Of a stretch of 64,000 bases of DNA, positions 58,980-64,000 are shown piece after piece. Source of the stretch: the human T2T-CHM13v2.0 reference genome, Homo sapiens; NCBI RefSeq assembly GCF_009914755.1, contig NC_060930.1, one strand, 5' to 3'. The notes beneath the pieces are model-generated. The model saw only the letters and a program-made list of their open reading frames with translations. It had not been told where the DNA came from and searched no databases. Numbering within the stretch: the first letter of the stretch is position 1; each line of letters starts with the position of its first letter. The translations under genes and the position numbers were made by a program.

Positions 58980-59944
58980 GCAAACTACTCATCTGACAAA
59001 GGGCTAATATCCAGAATCTACAATGAACTCAAACAAATTTACAAGAAAAAAACAAACAACCCCATCAAAAAGTGGGCGAAGGACATGAATAGACACTTCT
59101 CAAAAGAAGACACTTATGCAGCCAAAAAACACATGAAGAAATGCTCATCATCACTGGCCATCAGAGAAATGCAAATCAAAACCACTATGAGATATCATCT
59201 CACACCAGTTAGAATGGCAATCATTAAAAAGTCAGGAAACAACAGGTGCTGGAGAGGATGTGGAGAAATAGGAACACTTTTACACTGTTGGTGGGACTGT
59301 AAACTAGTTCAACCATTGTGGAAGTCAGTGTGGCCATTCCTCAGGGATCTAGAACTAGAAATACCATTTGACCCAGCCATCCCATTACTGGGTATATACC
59401 CAAAGGACTATAAATCATGCTGCTATAAAGAAACATGCACACGTATGTTTATTGCGGCACTATTCACAATAGCAAAGACTTGGAACCAACCCAAATGTCC
59501 AACAATGATAGACTGGATTAAGAAAATGTGGCACATATACACCATGGAATACTATGCAGCCATAAAAAATGATGAGTTCATGTCCTTTGTAGGGACATGG
59601 ATGAAACTGGAAACCATCATTCTCAGTAAACTATCGCAAGAACAAAAAACCAAACACCGCATATTCTCACTCATAGGTGGGAATTGAACAATGAGATCAC
59701 TTGGACACAGGAAGGGGAATATCACACTCTGGGGACTGTGGTGGGGTCGGGGGAGGGGGGAGGGATAGCATTGGGAGATATACCTAATGCTAGATGACAC
59801 GTTAGTGGGTGCAGCGCACCAGCATGGCACATGTATACATATGTAACTAACCTGCACAATGTGCACATGTACCCTAAAACTTAGAGTATAATAAAAAAAA
59901 AAAAAATTAAAAAAAAAAAACAAAAAAAAAAAAACAAAAAAAAA
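58980..59944 (+). mobile_element. 5'-truncated L1HS (pre-Ta)
   Basis: Uninterrupted 200-aa ORF2 C-terminus ending IFSLIGGN*. Diagnostic ACG at 59799-59801 and G at 59884. ~50-nt A-rich tail and TSD AAACATTTC. Confidence 0.92.
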
Positions 59945-60624
59945 ACATTTCCTTCTTCCTGGGGAAAAGGTTGGCCCTGAGTGAAGTGCTGATCTCTTGG
60001 AAGTTTATCTTTTGCATCTTCCCCTCTCCAACCTCCTAGTGACTCTCCCTCCAGGGTCCTGGGGTCCTTATGCTGCTCTACATCAAGCCCCACCTGTACT
60101 TTGAAGAATGAATTGGGGGGAGACATTTTTAAAAGTGTACTTGTTAACCTAACTGTATCTCCAATTGACTGAACTTCTGACAATGTGGAGAGAAAACTTG
60201 GGGTTAGAAACAATCCAAGGACGGTGGGGTGTACTAGGCATTTCACATGCAGGAGAGGCTCCCCTCACGCCTTGGGGCTCAAAAGGACATTTCTTTAAGG
60301 CAAAATGCAGGTGGTGGAGAAGACATCTTTCTGTGATACTTTCAGAAAAATAAAATAAAAATGTTTTTTCTTGGCTGGGTGAAATGTGATTTCACTTTTT
60401 ATGATAAAAGATAAATTATAATCAAGGATGTTTAATGGCTGCAAATAGATGTGATCCTCTGGGCTAAGAAATATTTTAAAGTGATAAATAGTTGTAATTA
60501 GCATTTCTAAAACCAATCGACTGTCATTTTCTATGTAACTAATGCTATTCTAAGCTCAGTGAGTACAGAATGACCCTACTTTCTTAAACCAAAAACCACG
60601 ATACATGGACTGGAGACAGAGAAA

Positions 60625-60810
60625 AATAGAGCTTACTATGTGCCAGGCAGTATCCTCATTGCTTTACGTATATTAATTACTTTAATTCCTACAACCCTAT
60701 AATTATTGCCATTTTACAGATGAGGAAATTGAGGCACAGAGAGATTAATTGCTCAAGATCTCACAGCTAGTAAACAGGGGAGCCACTATTTGAACCTTGG
60801 AAGTCTGAAA
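60625..60810 (-). mobile_element. MIR
   Basis: GAGCTTACTATGTGCCAGGC...CCATTTTACAGATGAGGAAATTGAGGCACAGAGAG core. Confidence 0.8.
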
Positions 60811-60866
60811 CTTATGTACCAACATTAGACATGAAGTATAAAATGCATAAATTATTACAGAAACTT

Positions 60867-61170
60867 GTACTGTGTTGAATACTATGTTGAAAAATTTATG
60901 TCCACCTACAACCTGTAAATGTGACCTGTGAATGTGACCCTATTTGGAAATAGGGTCTCGACAGAAGTGATCAAGTTAAGACGTGGTCTTACTTGATGAG
61001 AGCGGACCCTTATTCAATAGAGGGAAATTTGGACATGGGTTCTGACGTAGGGCCAATACCATGTGACTACAGGGAAGAGACTGGAGTGATGTGTCTGCGA
61101 ACCAAGGACTGCAATAACCAAAAGCTAGAAAGAGGCAAGGAAGAATCCTCCTTTTGCTTTTGGAGAGAAA
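60867..61170 (+). mobile_element. MLT1 (MaLR) LTR fragment
   Basis: GAATGTGACCCTATTTGGAAATAGGGTC and AAGCTAGAAAGAGGCAAGGAAG motifs. Confidence 0.7.
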
Positions 61171-63251
61171 TCTTTATCAGGCTTCATTAATTCAACCAAT
61201 GACATTTATAAGATAGTAAACTTATTACCTCTTTAGGGGTTATCAAGTGTTTTAATTCTCTGTTTTATATTTGTTCAAATTCAAAGCCGTTCTAAATAGC
61301 TTTTGTAGCATTTATCTTTGGAAGATACTACTACAAGTAAATTTTGCAGTAAAGTTTTTCGCCAGTTACTGATGGCTAAGAAAATAATTTAATAGATAAC
61401 TGCCACCATGTCTACAATAATTAGGCACAAAGGTACAAACTATTGTAGAAGTTTTTCAAATTAATAATACAAGAGTGTTTCCCCCTTAGGCGACAATACA
61501 TGAGGTGCTACTGTTTTTTCTTTTATGAATGAGATGCAACCTAACTCCACTCCATTATTTCCCAACATATAAGGAGTGTTCTGAAAGTTCATTTGAAAGT
61601 ATATACTTTGAGACGAGGCACACTTTTCTAAAGTGTAGTAACAGGGTAGTAACAGGTACTGTCTGAGCCAGGCTCCAAGCTAGATACTACACATACTTTG
61701 CCAGGTTTAATTTTCATGATTATTCAACGAGATAGGTATTGAAGGCCTACAATCTCTCATCTTAAACCCTGGGGCCAGAGCTTTTGGCTTTCAGCATTTC
61801 CTTATTTTAGAAAAATAATATGGTACATATGGTGTACACTAAGTCATGCCTCTAGTGAGGTCTGGGACAGCACTCAGTTGCCGGATGAAGATTTCTGCAT
61901 CAAAGCATACCCATTTCCACACCAAGAGAGATGGATGAGGACTCTAAATAGCCTGATGTTGTTTCAGGTAAGATTTGCTGCCTAATGAGTTCAGGTCAGG
62001 TCAAATTTCCTAAAAACTGGTCCTCTGAGGTTTCTGAATTTCATAACTGGGGATAAGGGTGTGGGAACCTGTATGATTCTCATTTTCTAGAGGAGAAAAT
62101 GTGGTTAAATAGAGTCAAGTAACTCACACATGGGTGTGTAAATAGGAGTTGGATCCAAACTCAGGTCTCTCTGGCTGCAAGGCTCTGGTCTTTGCACCAC
62201 ACCTGAATGCCTTAAAATGGCTATTTCATCCCACCATCAACCCAAACCACAGAAAATGACAGTGCCATACAGAATCTGAGCGTTACATGGCATTTCTAGA
62301 AGGAGTTGTGCAGGGTTTCAACCCTGGGCACTTCCCCTCACACTCCTAAGACAAGGGACAACCTGACCCAGCACATGAGGGAGTAAGACATGAAACTCTG
62401 CCAGCTTTGGCAGAGGCAAAGCAGGAAGGGGCCTGAGTAAGGAAGTAGAAAGGGAAGGTAGAAGATCAAGCTTTAAGACAGGAGGATGAATATGGACTTT
62501 GAAGAAGATGTGAAAAGTGAGAGTGGGAGGAAAAGGCTATCTATGAATAAGGGGAGGCTTAGGGCTCAAGCAAGGAAGGGCCATTGTGGACTGGCTGGAA
62601 GAGAGAAACTGTAATTGGAAAGGGGAATTTTTTTTTCCCTTCACAAATGAAAGACAACAGTAGAAGAGGGAAGCAATGGGAAACAACAGCTGAACCTGCC
62701 CTTTCCTTCCAGCCTAACCTCCCTTCACTGTCAGCAGCACTGGGAAGGGAGCAGCACTGGGAAGGGAGTGAGCACTGGTAGAGCCCTGTTCCATGCCAGG
62801 CATCTCTGTGGCACTTCACCTTGACCTCATCCAACCCTAACAACCCTCCAGGGTCTTACAGATGAGCAACAGACTCAGTGAGGGAAACGTGCCGAGGTCA
62901 CAGAACCTCAAAGTGGAGAGGTGGGATTCAATCCCAGCTCTGAACTATCCCCAAGTCCATGTTCTTTTCAAGGACCAAAAATGGGTGGGTGTGGGCAAAG
63001 CAGCAAGAACTCAAGGGCTGAGTCAAGTGCCAGGAGTTGGGGTGGCGAGGGAAATGGGGAACTTGGAGAGATACAAAATTTCTATCCATCAGGAGAAATT
63101 TCTGCAGCAGCTGGGAAGTGAGAAACAGACACAAACCAGACAGTAATAAGTTAGGGACCGCTTGTTAAGATCATCTAAGTCAAGTACAACATCAGGGAGC
63201 CATATAAATTCAGATACAAATTAAAAACAGTAACGTACCATATATACTTAC

Positions 63252-63320
63252 TTCCCAAAGTTCATAGAGCTCCTTTCTGAGGTCCTCTGGTAGGAGCTGG
63301 GTTATCTGCTTCATAGCTTC
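63252..63320 (-). CDS. HDDC2: HDDC2 internal coding exon (69 nt)
   Basis: tttCAG acceptor and GTAAGT donor. Encodes EAMKQITQLLPEDLRKELYELWE, phase 0/0. Confidence 0.96.
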
Positions 63321-64000
63321 CTGAAATATTAAACCATTATCTTTAATTATATTGACATTTATCAAAGTTAACAACCACTCTGCAAAAGACAAATAGGTTC
63401 GGATTCTTACAAACAACTCTCACAGGGGCAGCAGAGTAAATTGGCCTATACTGGACAATATTTATAGCTTGTGAGGAAGGCAGGCAGTTGTATACCTTAA
63501 ATAAATAAGTGTAATCATTCATATGGGCTTCGCTTAGCACCTCTTTTGTGGTCTACAACACAACAGACATAGAAAAGGACAATGAGGAGGTCATGAGACA
63601 ATTACAGAAATATCAGAGGTGTTCAAGGATTTTACATCTGTGGATAAATCACAACATACCCACATACATTTCAATCATAAGCATACGAGAGTTCAAAACA
63701 AACCTGAGTGGGGAGAATGCGAAAGGAATACTGAATTACAAAGCTCAAAGAGATTTTTTGTATATTCATTTTCTATTGTTAACATGTTTTTATTGCAAGA
63801 TGTAAAGTACAATACAAATGAGCGATTATTGCCATTAACATAAACGAAGTTACATGATAGAATTTTGTAGGCTCACAGACTCACAGGCTGAAAAGGGATA
63901 TTAAACGGCAATTAGCTAAACCATCCATGTAGTATCTGAACCCTTCAATAGCATCATGGAACAGTTCTATCCTCTTTCCAAAAATGTGTGCATTGGTAGG

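Noticed and set aside
59731-59775. G-quadruplex-like G runs
   Set aside because: A standard feature of the L1 3' UTR.

Overview
Primate (by sequence, human) genomic DNA, about half of it interspersed repeats. It holds the convergent 3' halves of two genes. TPD52L1 (+ strand) has coding exons at 18710-18811, a 15-nt microexon at 22455-22469, 24150-24188, 27532-27592 and 33233-33361, followed by its 3' UTR. HDDC2 (- strand) has coding exons at 63252-63320, 47511-47649 and 46557-46654. Between them lies a degenerate HERV-S (HERVL18/LTR18) provirus with an unusual three-LTR structure bounded by one 5-bp target-site duplication (TSD). The introns carry a near full-length L1PB with a nested THE1 LTR, an L1PA7-like element with an internal ORF2 deletion, a young pre-Ta L1HS, many Alus, and MER/Tigger, L2 and MIR relics. 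The most unusual observations are the collapsed tandem provirus, three separate 115-155 bp locally templated duplications, and a frame-switching alternative exon cassette in TPD52L1. I found no evidence for a wholly new biological system. Most ORF-track entries are repeat-derived or chance ORFs. Subfamily names are from recognition of consensus sequence, not from a database search.
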